Assembly: GCA_017938885.1 (NCBI GenBank)
Contig: JAGBAS010000066.1
Location: forward strand, 1-56,957
Direction: 5' to 3'
From: Clostridia bacterium
Lineage (GTDB): Bacteria > Bacillota > Clostridia > Oscillospirales > CAG-272
DNA: 56,957 bases
Below are positions 26,394 to 36,577 of the stretch, piece after piece. Positions within the stretch are counted from its first letter, which is position 1, and the number at the start of each line of letters is the position of its first letter. The position numbers and the translations under genes were made by a program. The notes under the pieces are model-generated. The model had not been told where the DNA came from. It made no database searches and saw only the letters and a list, made by a program, of their open reading frames with translations.

Positions 26394-26420
26394 TTAGCAC
26401 TCTTTTGTTTCGAGTGCCAA
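26394..26420. promoter_or_regulatory. CIRCE element (HrcA operator)
   Basis: TTAGCACTC-N9-GAGTGCCAA, one mismatch to consensus, upstream of groES. Confidence 0.92.
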
Positions 26421-26569
26421 CCACATACCATATTGTACACCATTTCCCAAAAAAATCAAGGGCTTTGGCCGATAATTCACAAAATATTAACAGACGAAAA
26501 AGTGGTTCATAATTCCTTTTTTCTATGAAAACTCCCCCCGAGCAAAGCCGAGGGGAGTGCTATTCGGAA

Positions 26570-28990
26570 TCAGCTCAAAGCCCGATACAGGATACCCAGA
26601 TCGTTCTCATCCGTGATCTCGCTGTCGGCAATGACCACCAGGCCGTCGGGAGTCACGGTGATGGCCTTGCCCGCGCTCTTCACGAGGTCGGTGGCCTTGA
26701 CGTAGGGAATACCGTAGTGGTCGTAGGCGGTCTCACCCGAAGCGTCGATGTCCAAAGCCGATTTCAGAAAGTCTACGGGGAGCCAGATGTCGCCGCCCGA
26801 GGCCAGGAGCACGCCGTTTGTGTTGTCCTCCACCAGTCTGACCTGCTTCCCTCCCACGAAGGCGTTGTAGGAACGGGATTTGAGAACCACCATGGAAGAC
26901 AGATCGCCTTTCAGCTCAGTGGGGTACTTGACTGCCTGCTCGGTAAGGGTATAGCGATAGGTATACCGTCCGTTGGGAGCGGCATCTCCCTGATCCAAAA
27001 ACTCCATGATCTGACCCGTGGGGGTAGAGTTGTCCGCCCACTTGAAGTCCAGAGTATCGGAAAAGCCGATCATGGCCTTGGGGAGCTTGACCTGCATGAC
27101 GTTGCCGTCGCGGGTATATGTTGCCGCTCCAACGGTTTCGAACGCCCAAGTATCCACACCCGTAAACTTCTCCACAAGAACGGCGTTATCGGTGCGATTG
27201 CGGTTGATGAGGTAATCGAAGCCATACCAGCCCGTGGAGTCGTCGCAGTCGGCATTGATGAACAGGTTCATCCAGTTGCTTCCTTCGGGGTCGGTGATGG
27301 TATCGGCGCATTCGACGTAGAAGTAGAGGTGATCGGTGTCGCTCGATACCTTTGCGGTGACGATGTCGTTTCGTCCGCTGTTGTTCATGTAAAAGCCATA
27401 CTCATTACCACCCACGTGGCCGGGGGAGAGGCGGTGGGTCACGTCGCCCTCGTAGTCGCGGTACTCGGGACCGACGGCGTACCATTGACCCACAGAGCCC
27501 TCGATATCGATGGCCCACTGACCGAAGGCGGTCTCAATGCTGCGGGAGCCCTTGTATTCGCGGACACGCTCGGCCATCTGGTAGAGATAATTGTCGCCAA
27601 ATCCGCCCTTCATGGGCTCGATATCACGGGAATACTCGGGGTTGAAGGAATCCACGAAGTAGGTCGTCTCGCGGTCGCCGGGGGTAGCCGAGACGGTATA
27701 CTGCCCTGCGATGACCTGACCGCCGGCACCCGCGCCTGCGCCCACGTTGTCCCAACGGCCCGTGATCCACTCGTTCCAGCCCGTAATCATGATGAGGGGC
27801 GGGTCACGGTCGATGGCTTTATCGAAATGCTGGCCAAACATAAGGCCCTTGGAGGTATATTCCTCCATGAGAGGAAATCCAAAATCCCAAGGAGTCCCTC
27901 TCTCCAGGCGGGGCATACTGTTTCGGTAGAGGCTACGGCCAACCGTTGCGCCCGAGCCGCACATGACGACGGTCTGCTCCAGATCGTCACGGCTGTCTCC
28001 GTAGCCGGGAAGCTGAGGCCAAGAGGCGTTCCAGGGCCAGCATTTGATGCCCTTGCGGTCACCGTACCAGTTGGTCACGCCAACCGCCCAGGAATAACGC
28101 AGGGTAAAGAAATCTCTGGCTTCATCCGACATGGGAAAATCGCCCGTGACCAGTACCAGGGGCTTGCCCTCCCAGTAGTACCAGAGATCCTCGTAGAGTC
28201 CCTTCTTGTATATGGTGTTGTACAGCTCGGCAAACTCCGCCTCGTAGCTGCCCACCATGAAGCAGATCTTAGGCACCTCATAGCCCTCCTGTCTGACCTC
28301 CTCCCAAACCTTCAAAAGGGCCATGTGAGAGACGGTATGGAGGTTATTGTTGGTGGTATCGAAGAAAACGAAGTCCACACCCGCCTCGGCCAGCATATAA
28401 GCGTGCTTGCGAAGGACCCATTCGTCGTTGGAGGAATAGTAGCCGAAGTAGGGCTCCGCCCAGTAGTGGGGGTGGCCCTCGCCGCCCTCCATCATGCAGT
28501 CCCAGAGGGCTTCCTCGCCACCCTCCAGCCAAGCGGCGTAGTGATCCGAGGGGGAGATGGGTGAGACGCTGTCCTGGTCGCGGTCACGCCACAGGAAGTA
28601 GAAGATGCCCACCTGGCGGTTGGTGGGGGCACGGGTATCCGCAGCGGAGGGCATGGAGCGGTCGGCACCGTCGGTGCCCGTCCAGGTATCCGCCCAGACG
28701 TCGCGGGTGGCAGGGAGGATGCCGTTGTTATCCGTGCTGTCCACGGCGTAGGTGTAGTCGGGGATCACCAGATCGGTGGTGGTGGTGTAGTTCCCTGTTT
28801 TGGGGATATCGGAGGGGCTTTGCACCGTGGGGGCGTCGGTCTCCCCCTCGGTGTCGGCGGGGGTGTCCACGGTGGTATCCTCGGTATCGTCGGGCGTCCC
28901 CGCAGGGGTACAGGCGGCGAGGACCGAGAGGAGCATCAGGAGCGCGAGAGTCAGAGAGCCGAAGCGGCGGAGTCTGTTATGGTTCTTCAT
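26570..28990 (-). CDS. lipoprotein glycoside hydrolase, GH99/GH71-like
   Basis: lipobox LAAC plus T/D-rich linker; VGIFYFLW, WAEPYFGYY, AGVDFVFFD, ITGWNEW, SRDIEP motifs. Confidence 0.72.
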   Translation of the reverse strand: MKNHNRLRRFGSLTLALLMLLSVLAACTPAGTPDDTEDTTVDTPADTEGETDAPTVQSPSDIPKTGNYTTTTDLVIPDYTYAVDSTDNNGILPATRDVWADTWTGTDGADRSMPSAADTRAPTNRQVGIFYFLWRDRDQDSVSPISPSDHYAAWLEGGEEALWDCMMEGGEGHPHYWAEPYFGYYSSNDEWVLRKHAYMLAEAGVDFVFFDTTNNNLHTVSHMALLKVWEEVRQEGYEVPKICFMVGSYEAEFAELYNTIYKKGLYEDLWYYWEGKPLVLVTGDFPMSDEARDFFTLRYSWAVGVTNWYGDRKGIKCWPWNASWPQLPGYGDSRDDLEQTVVMCGSGATVGRSLYRNSMPRLERGTPWDFGFPLMEEYTSKGLMFGQHFDKAIDRDPPLIMITGWNEWITGRWDNVGAGAGAGGQVIAGQYTVSATPGDRETTYFVDSFNPEYSRDIEPMKGGFGDNYLYQMAERVREYKGSRSIETAFGQWAIDIEGSVGQWYAVGPEYRDYEGDVTHRLSPGHVGGNEYGFYMNNSGRNDIVTAKVSSDTDHLYFYVECADTITDPEGSNWMNLFINADCDDSTGWYGFDYLINRNRTDNAVLVEKFTGVDTWAFETVGAATYTRDGNVMQVKLPKAMIGFSDTLDFKWADNSTPTGQIMEFLDQGDAAPNGRYTYRYTLTEQAVKYPTELKGDLSSMVVLKSRSYNAFVGGKQVRLVEDNTNGVLLASGGDIWLPVDFLKSALDIDASGETAYDHYGIPYVKATDLVKSAGKAITVTPDGLVVIADSEITDENDLGILYRALS

Positions 28991-29020
28991 GTACAGTTCC
29001 TTCCTTTCGTAGAGTGCCGC

Positions 29021-32000
29021 TTACAGGCGGTCGCGCTTCTTGCCAAAGGTCACAGCGACGGCAAGAAGGATGAGGGTGATGAGCCCCATGGACAGAGACG
29101 AGCGGCATCCCTTTTTGGCAGGCTCGGTCGTGTCGGCGGGGTCATCGGTCACGGCGGGGACGCCCGTCTCCGGGTCATCGACACCGTCCTCCGAGGGGAG
29201 GGGCGGGACGTCGGGGACGTCGCTCTCGGCGGCGGGGGTGTAGACCGCGTTGATCGTGATATCGGCGTTTTGCAGGGTGTAGGGCTCCCACGCGCCGATC
29301 ATGCCGGGGAGGATGGGGACCACGGGCTCCTCCAGGGTGGTGTCACCCTCGCGGAACTCCACCCTGTAGAGGGGCTTGCCCTCCACCACAAAGGTGGCGG
29401 TGTAGGTGGCTCGCTCGGTGGGGAGGGTGTGGAGGTAGACCGAGGCCTCGTCGACGGTCTCGAAGAAGGCGATATACTCCACATCCAGGGTGGCGGTACT
29501 GCCCAGGCTGCTTTCGGAATGGAGGAAGTCGAAGCGGAGGTAGTTGACCTTGTCGGTATCGGCGTCGTAGTCGGCGGCCTTACGGAGGTCGATGATGGCG
29601 GTATGCCACTCGCCGTCGGATATATACTTGTAGGTCACACGGTCGGAGCGGCCGTTGGGATTGGTTTGCACCGAGCCCACAAAGATCTCACCGCCTACGT
29701 TGCGGGTAGTGGTGCGGTAGCGGATCGCCATGAAGGGGGCGATCTCGGTAGACTCGCGGTAGAGGTAGAAGGAGGGATCGCTTCCCTTAGCGGTGTAGGT
29801 GATGAAGCCCTGCCCGTAGCTGTAGGCAGCCTCCTGCATCTGGGTACCGCCCGTTACGTTGAGGCTTTCACCCTCCATAAGGATAACGGGCTTGACCGTA
29901 GCGGGATCGAGGGGACGGAGGGGGGGCTTGACCACGGTCTTGCCGTCCTCCTCTGTATACTCGGTGGCGGCGTACTCCTGCGCGGCCTTGGCGTTTGCGA
30001 AGAACTTGATATAGGCCACGTCGATGGTCTCCCCTGCGCCCTCGGGCTTCTCCAAGGGGTCGAAGCGGAGATTTTGCAGGGTCACACCGTAGACGTTACC
30101 CCAGACAGCAGAGGCGTCGATCACGGCGATCTGCCACTCTCCGTCGGCCTTCCAGTCCCAGATCACGTTGCTCTTCTCATAGGGCTGGCCCCACTTGACG
30201 CCGTCGGAGCGCTCCACGAAGAGCTCGCCGCTCTTGGCGGTGGACTCGGTGCGGTACTTGATGACGATGTGATCCATGAGGTTGGAGGTCACGGTGGGTT
30301 GGATCCCGAAGGAGAAGAAGGGGTCGTTCTGCTGGGCTTGGATATGGAGATAGCCCCGGTCGCAGAGGTCGGTAACGCTGACCCCCGAGAGATTGGCCAG
30401 GCCAAAGGTCTCGGTGACGCTGTCGTAGTGCTTGGTGAAGTCGTATTTGAAGGTGACCTCCGAGCCGTACTCGGTGCCCACGTCCACCAGGCCCTCGCCG
30501 GCGGTGAGGTAGCCCGCTACCAGCTGGGCATCATTGACGGCACCGTTGCGGAAGGAGACCGTCCCCTCGGTGGCCTTGCCGCCGGCGGTATTGAAGCCGG
30601 TATAGGCCTTGTCCCCGGGGGTGGTCATCTTGACCTCGAAGCAGTATTCCCCCGCTGGTAGCTCGTCCAAGGTAATGACCAGATCCTCGCCGTCCTTGAG
30701 GTTCTTGAGGTCTTGGGTGTAGAGGGGCTCGCCCGATACGGTGGTCTTGTAGTCCTTGCTCCATTTGAAGAGCTTGAAGTAGCCGCTGTTGTTGTTCGGG
30801 TCCGCTCCCCAGGTGGCGTGACCGGGGATGATGATGCCGCGCACGGGGCTCACGGCGGTGAACTTCTGCCCCATGGACTGGCCGCCGCTACAGAAGGGGG
30901 AGCCCAGGGTGGGGTCGGTGACGTTGTAGACGGGGACGTTGGTGGCGCCCAAGACGTACTGATGGTCGGTGAGGGTACCGGGATAGACGTACTTATGGGT
31001 ATACTCGGCCTTGGCAAAGAAGCCGATGTAGGCGAGATCCACCCAGCCCTCGGGGAGGGTCAGAGTCAAGCTATCTATGGGGGCATCAACCGATGCGATG
31101 GGAAGCTCCACCGTAACGAGGTGCCAGTAGCCGTCGGAGGGAATGGATATGCTTCCCTCGGCGGCGGTCTCGCCCTGCTTAGCGGTGATGGCGATCCCCT
31201 CGGTGACGGCGGGCGTCTCGGTACGGGCGGCCAAAGTCAGATAGCGGAAAGCAGGATCAACGGTAAGACCGCTGAGTGTGACGGCGGCGGCCGTATCGGC
31301 AGACAGGCGGGTGAAGTCTGCCTCGGTATAGACCGTGACAGCCTCCCCGACAGTCATGCCCGGGACGCGGGAGCCTGCACCCAAGTCGATGATCTCGGAA
31401 CCATCGGCCACCAGGAGAGCTTCATCCTCCTTGATGGCGACCTCACGGTCGGCGGCGTAGGACTGGGCGTAGAGCTTGTCTCCGAAGAACTTGATGGAGG
31501 CCACGTCGATGGAGTCCCCCGCCTTGGCCCCCGAGATCAGGGGATCGAAGCGGAAGGCATAGAGCTCGTCGTTGGGGTCGTTTCCCCAGACGTTTGAAGC
31601 ATCCACCACAACCGTGTGCCACTCACCGTCGGGGATATAATCCCAGGTGACGTAGGCGTTGGGATCCCCCCAATGGGCACCGCTTCGGCGGTTGGTGAAG
31701 AACTCGCCCGCGCCGATGGCCGCGTCGGTGCGGTACTCGATGACGGCGTAGGCCAGCTCCGAGGTCTTGGGAGTGGGCTGGTAGTTGTCGGCGAAGCGGA
31801 AGTAGGGGTCGTCACCCTCGGCGGTGAAGGTGACGTAGCCCTGCTTGTTCTCGATCTTGATCTGGTTCTTCTGGTTCACGTCCGCGCCGTCGGTCAAACC
31901 CTTGGAAAAGTCGTAGACGAAGGTGACCTTGGAGGAGGCGGACTTGTTCTCCATGTCGCAGACCGTGATGTTACAGGCGAAGGGGCTTGCGGGGTTGCCG

Positions 32001-32542
32001 CCCAGATAGGCCTGCATATCGGTGACCACGCCGTCAATGGGGTCAATGAGACCGCCCTCGGCGTTCCAGGGGGTGTAGGCGGTTCCCTCCAGGCAGATGA
32101 CTTCAAAGTAGAGAGGGCCTGTGGCCTTGTAGTCGGCGGGGATCTCCAGTGTAAGATCCGAATGATCGGTGTGGTTGATGATATCCCGCGCCGCGATGGG
32201 CCGCGCCGCGATGGGCCCCGCCGCCACGGTAGAATTACGGTCGCCCTTCCACTCATAGAGCTTGAAAGTACCCAAATTCGTATTATTTGAGTAGGTAGCG
32301 AAATCAGGGATGGTGATCTCCAGGAGCCGCACCTCGGGGTCCAGGGTGAAGGCGTAGCCCACGGGGTTATTCAACCCGCTCATGTAGGGGGTGCCGCCCA
32401 CGCCGTTTCGGGCGAATTCGATCTCGCGGATCCCGCTTAGGTCCTCCTCGGCGGCGGCGGTGAGGGTCAGGCATGAGAAAAGACCCGTCAGAGTGGACAG
32501 GAGAAAGAGGGCGGTGAGGGCCAGGGATAGTAGCTTTTTCAT
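29021..32542 (-). CDS. large secreted multi-module surface protein (repeated putative carbohydrate-binding beta-sandwiches) with C-terminal GC-TM-basic anchor
   Basis: signal peptide MKKLLSLAL; repeated DPxF..YRT..GE.F..DGEW..RFD..DVxxIxFF modules; tail KKGCRSS-TM-KKRDRL. Confidence 0.8.
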   Translation of the reverse strand: MKKLLSLALTALFLLSTLTGLFSCLTLTAAAEEDLSGIREIEFARNGVGGTPYMSGLNNPVGYAFTLDPEVRLLEITIPDFATYSNNTNLGTFKLYEWKGDRNSTVAAGPIAARPIAARDIINHTDHSDLTLEIPADYKATGPLYFEVICLEGTAYTPWNAEGGLIDPIDGVVTDMQAYLGGNPASPFACNITVCDMENKSASSKVTFVYDFSKGLTDGADVNQKNQIKIENKQGYVTFTAEGDDPYFRFADNYQPTPKTSELAYAVIEYRTDAAIGAGEFFTNRRSGAHWGDPNAYVTWDYIPDGEWHTVVVDASNVWGNDPNDELYAFRFDPLISGAKAGDSIDVASIKFFGDKLYAQSYAADREVAIKEDEALLVADGSEIIDLGAGSRVPGMTVGEAVTVYTEADFTRLSADTAAAVTLSGLTVDPAFRYLTLAARTETPAVTEGIAITAKQGETAAEGSISIPSDGYWHLVTVELPIASVDAPIDSLTLTLPEGWVDLAYIGFFAKAEYTHKYVYPGTLTDHQYVLGATNVPVYNVTDPTLGSPFCSGGQSMGQKFTAVSPVRGIIIPGHATWGADPNNNSGYFKLFKWSKDYKTTVSGEPLYTQDLKNLKDGEDLVITLDELPAGEYCFEVKMTTPGDKAYTGFNTAGGKATEGTVSFRNGAVNDAQLVAGYLTAGEGLVDVGTEYGSEVTFKYDFTKHYDSVTETFGLANLSGVSVTDLCDRGYLHIQAQQNDPFFSFGIQPTVTSNLMDHIVIKYRTESTAKSGELFVERSDGVKWGQPYEKSNVIWDWKADGEWQIAVIDASAVWGNVYGVTLQNLRFDPLEKPEGAGETIDVAYIKFFANAKAAQEYAATEYTEEDGKTVVKPPLRPLDPATVKPVILMEGESLNVTGGTQMQEAAYSYGQGFITYTAKGSDPSFYLYRESTEIAPFMAIRYRTTTRNVGGEIFVGSVQTNPNGRSDRVTYKYISDGEWHTAIIDLRKAADYDADTDKVNYLRFDFLHSESSLGSTATLDVEYIAFFETVDEASVYLHTLPTERATYTATFVVEGKPLYRVEFREGDTTLEEPVVPILPGMIGAWEPYTLQNADITINAVYTPAAESDVPDVPPLPSEDGVDDPETGVPAVTDDPADTTEPAKKGCRSSLSMGLITLILLAVAVTFGKKRDRL

Positions 32543-32571
32543 GGGGTGATCTCCTTTGAATGGGTAACGTC

Positions 32572-33486
32572 TCAACTCAAAAAGTCCAGGATATCCGCCA
32601 CCACGCGGTCGTGGCTGGCGTCGTTGAGGATCTCGTGGCGGTAGCCGTCGTAGAGGCGGCAAGTGACGGGGTGGCCTGCCTTTTGGAGTTTGGCACAAAC
32701 CGTCTCCACGCCCTTACCGAAGTCTCCCACGGGGTCGTCGCGGCCCGATACCAGCAGGATGGGCAGGCCTTCAGAGAGGGACTTGAACCAGGCGCTTCGG
32801 TTGGAATTCTTGGTGAGACGGATGAGGTCGCCCATGGCGGACACGGTAAATTTATAGTTACAGAAAGGATCGTTTGCGTACTTCTCCCGCACGCCGCCGT
32901 CCTTAGTGAGCCAGGCGCGAGGGTCGCTGTCGCCGTCGTCGAACTTTTTATTGTAGCCTCCGAAGGCCATCTTGTCGATGAAAGGGGAGATGTGGCGGGG
33001 GCCCTTGCAGGCCTTGATGATGCCGATGAGGGCCAGCCCCACCCCCGCGATGGGGTTGGGGCCGCCCGTGCCCATGATGATGAGCTTATGGGGCTTCACG
33101 TACTTCTCGGCGGCCAGGCGGGCGATGAAAGAGCCCATGCTGTGGCCCATGAGGATGTAGGGGAGGTTCCCTCCGTACTCGGCGCGGACGGCATCCGAAA
33201 AGGCTTTGACATCGCGAAGCAGGAGATCGTGGCCTCCCGTTTCAGCGATGAAGCCCAGCTCGGAGAGGGCGTTTGCGGTGTTTCCATGACCTAAATGGTC
33301 ATAACCGCAGACGAGATAGCCCGCCTCAGCCATCTCCCGCATGAATACGTCGTAGCGGGCGATGTGCTCGGTCATGCCGTGAAGGACGTGGAGGATACCG
33401 ACGGGGGCTCTGTCGGGTATGTAGACCTTCCCCGCAAGATGATGTATTCCGTCGGATGATGGAACGCTGTAATCACGAATCTGCAT
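32572..33486 (-). CDS. alpha/beta hydrolase (lysophospholipase/monoglyceride lipase-like)
   Basis: HGMTEH, DHLGHG, GHSMG nucleophile, DDPVG, RHEILN. Confidence 0.9.
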   Translation of the reverse strand: MQIRDYSVPSSDGIHHLAGKVYIPDRAPVGILHVLHGMTEHIARYDVFMREMAEAGYLVCGYDHLGHGNTANALSELGFIAETGGHDLLLRDVKAFSDAVRAEYGGNLPYILMGHSMGSFIARLAAEKYVKPHKLIIMGTGGPNPIAGVGLALIGIIKACKGPRHISPFIDKMAFGGYNKKFDDGDSDPRAWLTKDGGVREKYANDPFCNYKFTVSAMGDLIRLTKNSNRSAWFKSLSEGLPILLVSGRDDPVGDFGKGVETVCAKLQKAGHPVTCRLYDGYRHEILNDASHDRVVADILDFLS

Positions 33487-34990
33487 ACGAACCTCCTGAA
33501 AAAGCGCGGCAGGCGGCGACGGCTCTGTGCCAGCCATCCAGCAGACGGGCACGGTCATCCTCGCTCATAGTGGGTGTATAGGTCGTACCACCCTCACCGC
33601 CGCAGAGAGTCTCAGCGGGGGTCTTGAAGAATCCTACGGCCAATCCTGCCAGCGCGGCGGCCCCCCAGGCGGTGGCTTCGGCGGTGGCCGGACGGCGGAC
33701 GGAAAGGCTTGATATATCGCTCTGGAACTGCATGAGGAGCTTGTTATTGGAAGCACCGCCATCAGCCTTCAGGGAGGTGATAGTACCCACCCCCGAGACC
33801 TTCATATCAGCCTGCATAGCGGAAATGACGTCCTCGGTCTGGTAAGCGATGGACTCCAGGGCGGCGCGAATGATGTGATCCCGTCCGCTCCCTCGCGTAA
33901 GACCCAGGATACTCCCCCGGGCGTTCATGTCCCAGTAGGGTGCGCCCAGACCCGTGAAGGCGGGGACGACGTAGACACCTCCGCTATCCTCCACCTTAGA
34001 AGCGAAATACTCGCTGTCGCGGGAATCGTTGATGAGCTTCATTTCGTCGCGGAGCCATTGCACGACAGCACCGCCCACGAATACGCTTCCCTCCAGGGCG
34101 TATTGCAAAGCCTCGCCCTTACGGGTAGCCGCCACCGTTGTCAGCAGGTCGTAGGCACTCATGACGGGTTCGCCGCCCGTGTGGGTCAGAAGGAAGCAGC
34201 CCGTACCGTAGGTGTTCTTGGCCTGGCCGCGCGCCAAACAGCCCTGACCGTACAGAGCCGCCTGCTGATCGCCCGCGATCCCCGCAATGGGAATTTCGGC
34301 TCCCATGATATTGGCATAGCCATAGACCTCGGAGGAGGACTTGATCTCGGGAAGCATGGCGCGGGGAATATCCAGAAGGGCAAGCATTTCCTCGTCCCAT
34401 TCTCCGGTTCGGAGGTTCATGAGCATGGTGCGGGAGGCGTTGGTGACGTCGGTGGCGTGAATTTCACCACCCGTCAGCTTCCAGGTGATCCAGGTATCCA
34501 CGGTGCCGAACAACAGGTCTCCCGCCTCGGCTTTTGCGCGAACTCCGTCGATATTGTCCAGGATCCATCTGAGCTTAGTACCACTGAAGTAGGGGTCAAG
34601 GCGCAGACCCGTGCGCTCTCGGATAAGGTCGGCATATCCGTCCCGCTCCAGAGCGGCACAGAGGTCAGCGGTACGGCGGCATTGCCAGACGATGGCATTG
34701 CAGACGGGCTTACCCGTGTGCTGATTCCAGACCACCACCGTCTCCCGCTGATTGGTCAGACCGATGGCGGCGATCTCGTGAGGGTCAATGCCGCTCCCCG
34801 CCACGCACTCGGTCATAGCGGCGTACTGGGCGGCGTAAATGGCCATAGGGTCCTGCTCCACCCAGCCCGCTTGGGGGTAGATCTGAGGGAACTCATGCTG
34901 GGCCATGGCGACGATGCGGCCGTTTCGGTCAAAAAGGATGGCTCTGGCCGAGGTGGTTCCCTCGTCCAGGGCGAGAATGTATTTCTTCAC
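33473..34990 (-). CDS. glpK: glycerol kinase
   Basis: [38 protein letters not shown]; GTG start with AAGGAGG RBS. Confidence 0.96.
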   Translation of the reverse strand: MKKYILALDEGTTSARAILFDRNGRIVAMAQHEFPQIYPQAGWVEQDPMAIYAAQYAAMTECVAGSGIDPHEIAAIGLTNQRETVVVWNQHTGKPVCNAIVWQCRRTADLCAALERDGYADLIRERTGLRLDPYFSGTKLRWILDNIDGVRAKAEAGDLLFGTVDTWITWKLTGGEIHATDVTNASRTMLMNLRTGEWDEEMLALLDIPRAMLPEIKSSSEVYGYANIMGAEIPIAGIAGDQQAALYGQGCLARGQAKNTYGTGCFLLTHTGGEPVMSAYDLLTTVAATRKGEALQYALEGSVFVGGAVVQWLRDEMKLINDSRDSEYFASKVEDSGGVYVVPAFTGLGAPYWDMNARGSILGLTRGSGRDHIIRAALESIAYQTEDVISAMQADMKVSGVGTITSLKADGGASNNKLLMQFQSDISSLSVRRPATAEATAWGAAALAGLAVGFFKTPAETLCGGEGGTTYTPTMSEDDRARLLDGWHRAVAACRAFSGGSYADS

Positions 34991-35163
34991 GGTAGGCCTC
35001 CTTTCGGGATGGTCGTTTTTATATATTATACAATAAAATATATTAAATTTCAAGACATTTACTGAACTTTTTACCAACATCCCTTCAAAAGCACACCGAA
35101 ACGTACAATCCGTCATACCGTATGGGCATAAAATAAGACCCGACACCCCAAGGCATCGGATCT

Positions 35164-35871
35164 TTATACCTGCGACAGAAACTCATACGCCACCTCGGCT
35201 GCCTCGATATCGGGGCGGCAGGTGAGGGTGAAGGCGGGGACATCCCGCACGGTCGCGCCGACCAGGGCGGCCATTTGGTCCTGTCCCACCTTATCGGGGG
35301 GCAGTACCGTAGCCTCCAGGAGGCGGGCGGCGGTATCAGCAGCAGAAGCGACGGTGACGCGGTTGTCGGTTCCCTGCTCCAAAAAGCAAACAGCGGTCAG
35401 AGGACACTTGCGGTTGACCTGCTTCCCTTCCTTGCCGCACCAGGGCGTGCCGTAGGCCCAGAAGCGGCCGTCGGGGGCACGGCGGATGAGGGGCTTATCG
35501 CCGTTGATGACGATTGCTCTTCCCTTGAAGTGGGTCTGCCACAGCTCGGTGTGGGTGGATTTACCCGTTCCGCGCCGCGCCGAGAAGGCGTAGCCCCGTC
35601 CGTCCATTTCCACCACGGCGGCGTGAAGGAGATAGACACCGTAGCGGGGCATTTTCTCGCAGATTCGGCGGTAGATCAAGTAGCTTTCGGCCTCGGGGAG
35701 GGTTACGGGACGTCCGCAGGAGGCTCGGTAGCTTTCCGTGTCGGCGGTGGAGACCGCTACGCGAAAGGCAGGAGTACTGTCAAAGCACAGATAGTCTACG
35801 CATTGCTCAAAAACGTAGTTATGACGGTTGTCGATCTCCACGGTGATCCCTGCCAGGCGAATACGGAACAT
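35164..35871 (-). CDS. HPr-kinase-related P-loop protein (ScmC-like)
   Basis: [19 protein letters not shown]-loop, [16 protein letters not shown]. Confidence 0.7.
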   Translation of the reverse strand: MFRIRLAGITVEIDNRHNYVFEQCVDYLCFDSTPAFRVAVSTADTESYRASCGRPVTLPEAESYLIYRRICEKMPRYGVYLLHAAVVEMDGRGYAFSARRGTGKSTHTELWQTHFKGRAIVINGDKPLIRRAPDGRFWAYGTPWCGKEGKQVNRKCPLTAVCFLEQGTDNRVTVASAADTAARLLEATVLPPDKVGQDQMAALVGATVRDVPAFTLTCRPDIEAAEVAYEFLSQV

Positions 35872-35978
35872 ACGAATCCCTCCTTTCCGAATTTGTCGTT
35901 TTCATGCACACAAGGCGAACAGAAAGCCCGATGATCTCGGCGGCCTCCGTTCGCCTGTGTGTATGGCAGAAGCCCCGA

Positions 35979-36407
35979 TTACAGGTACTTCTTGAGATTC
36001 TCGGTCAGATCGGCAGGATCCACCGAGACGGTGATGGTGACGTTGATGTTTGCGTCGCGGATGATCTTCTCCAGATCGGAGATGAACTTCTCCAGGTCAG
36101 CCAGGAGTTGAGCCATCTCGACCTTCTCGTAGCCGAAGATCTTGCGGGTACCGTCGATGAACAGGTCGGTCACATCGCCGTTGCCTGCCAGAATACCGGC
36201 GACCATGCCGCCCAGAGCGACGCCGCCCTCGATGAGGTAATCGTCTGTATTGACAAGGCGCACCTTGTAGCTGATCTCATGGCGAAGGGTCGCGCCCTTC
36301 TCAATGCACACCACGTAGCCCTTGGAGGTCTCCAGAGCCTGGTTCACAGCCGCAATCAGGGTCTTGGTCTTACCGGTACCCTTAACGCCAACAAGTAACT
36401 TAATCAT
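35979..36407 (-). CDS. small conserved P-loop protein of unknown function
   Basis: MIKLLVGVKGTGKT Walker A, LFIDG Walker-B-like; GAAAGGA RBS. Confidence 0.75.
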   Translation of the reverse strand: MIKLLVGVKGTGKTKTLIAAVNQALETSKGYVVCIEKGATLRHEISYKVRLVNTDDYLIEGGVALGGMVAGILAGNGDVTDLFIDGTRKIFGYEKVEMAQLLADLEKFISDLEKIIRDANINVTITVSVDPADLTENLKKYL

Positions 36408-36577
36408 ATCTATGTACTTCCTTTCTCTCTGCATCTCCCCCCGCGTATCGGGAAAAGACTTCCGCAGATTAGTTGTTTGATTATTATACCATATTTTTTG
36501 CAAAATTGCAAGGGGTTTTGAAGAGTTTTTCGTGAAAAATCACATTTACCACAGGCGAGAACAAAGGCAAGGAAATA

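Noticed and set aside
35979-36407. PilT label for the small P-loop protein
   Set aside because: Too short for a PilT ATPase and no pilus genes nearby
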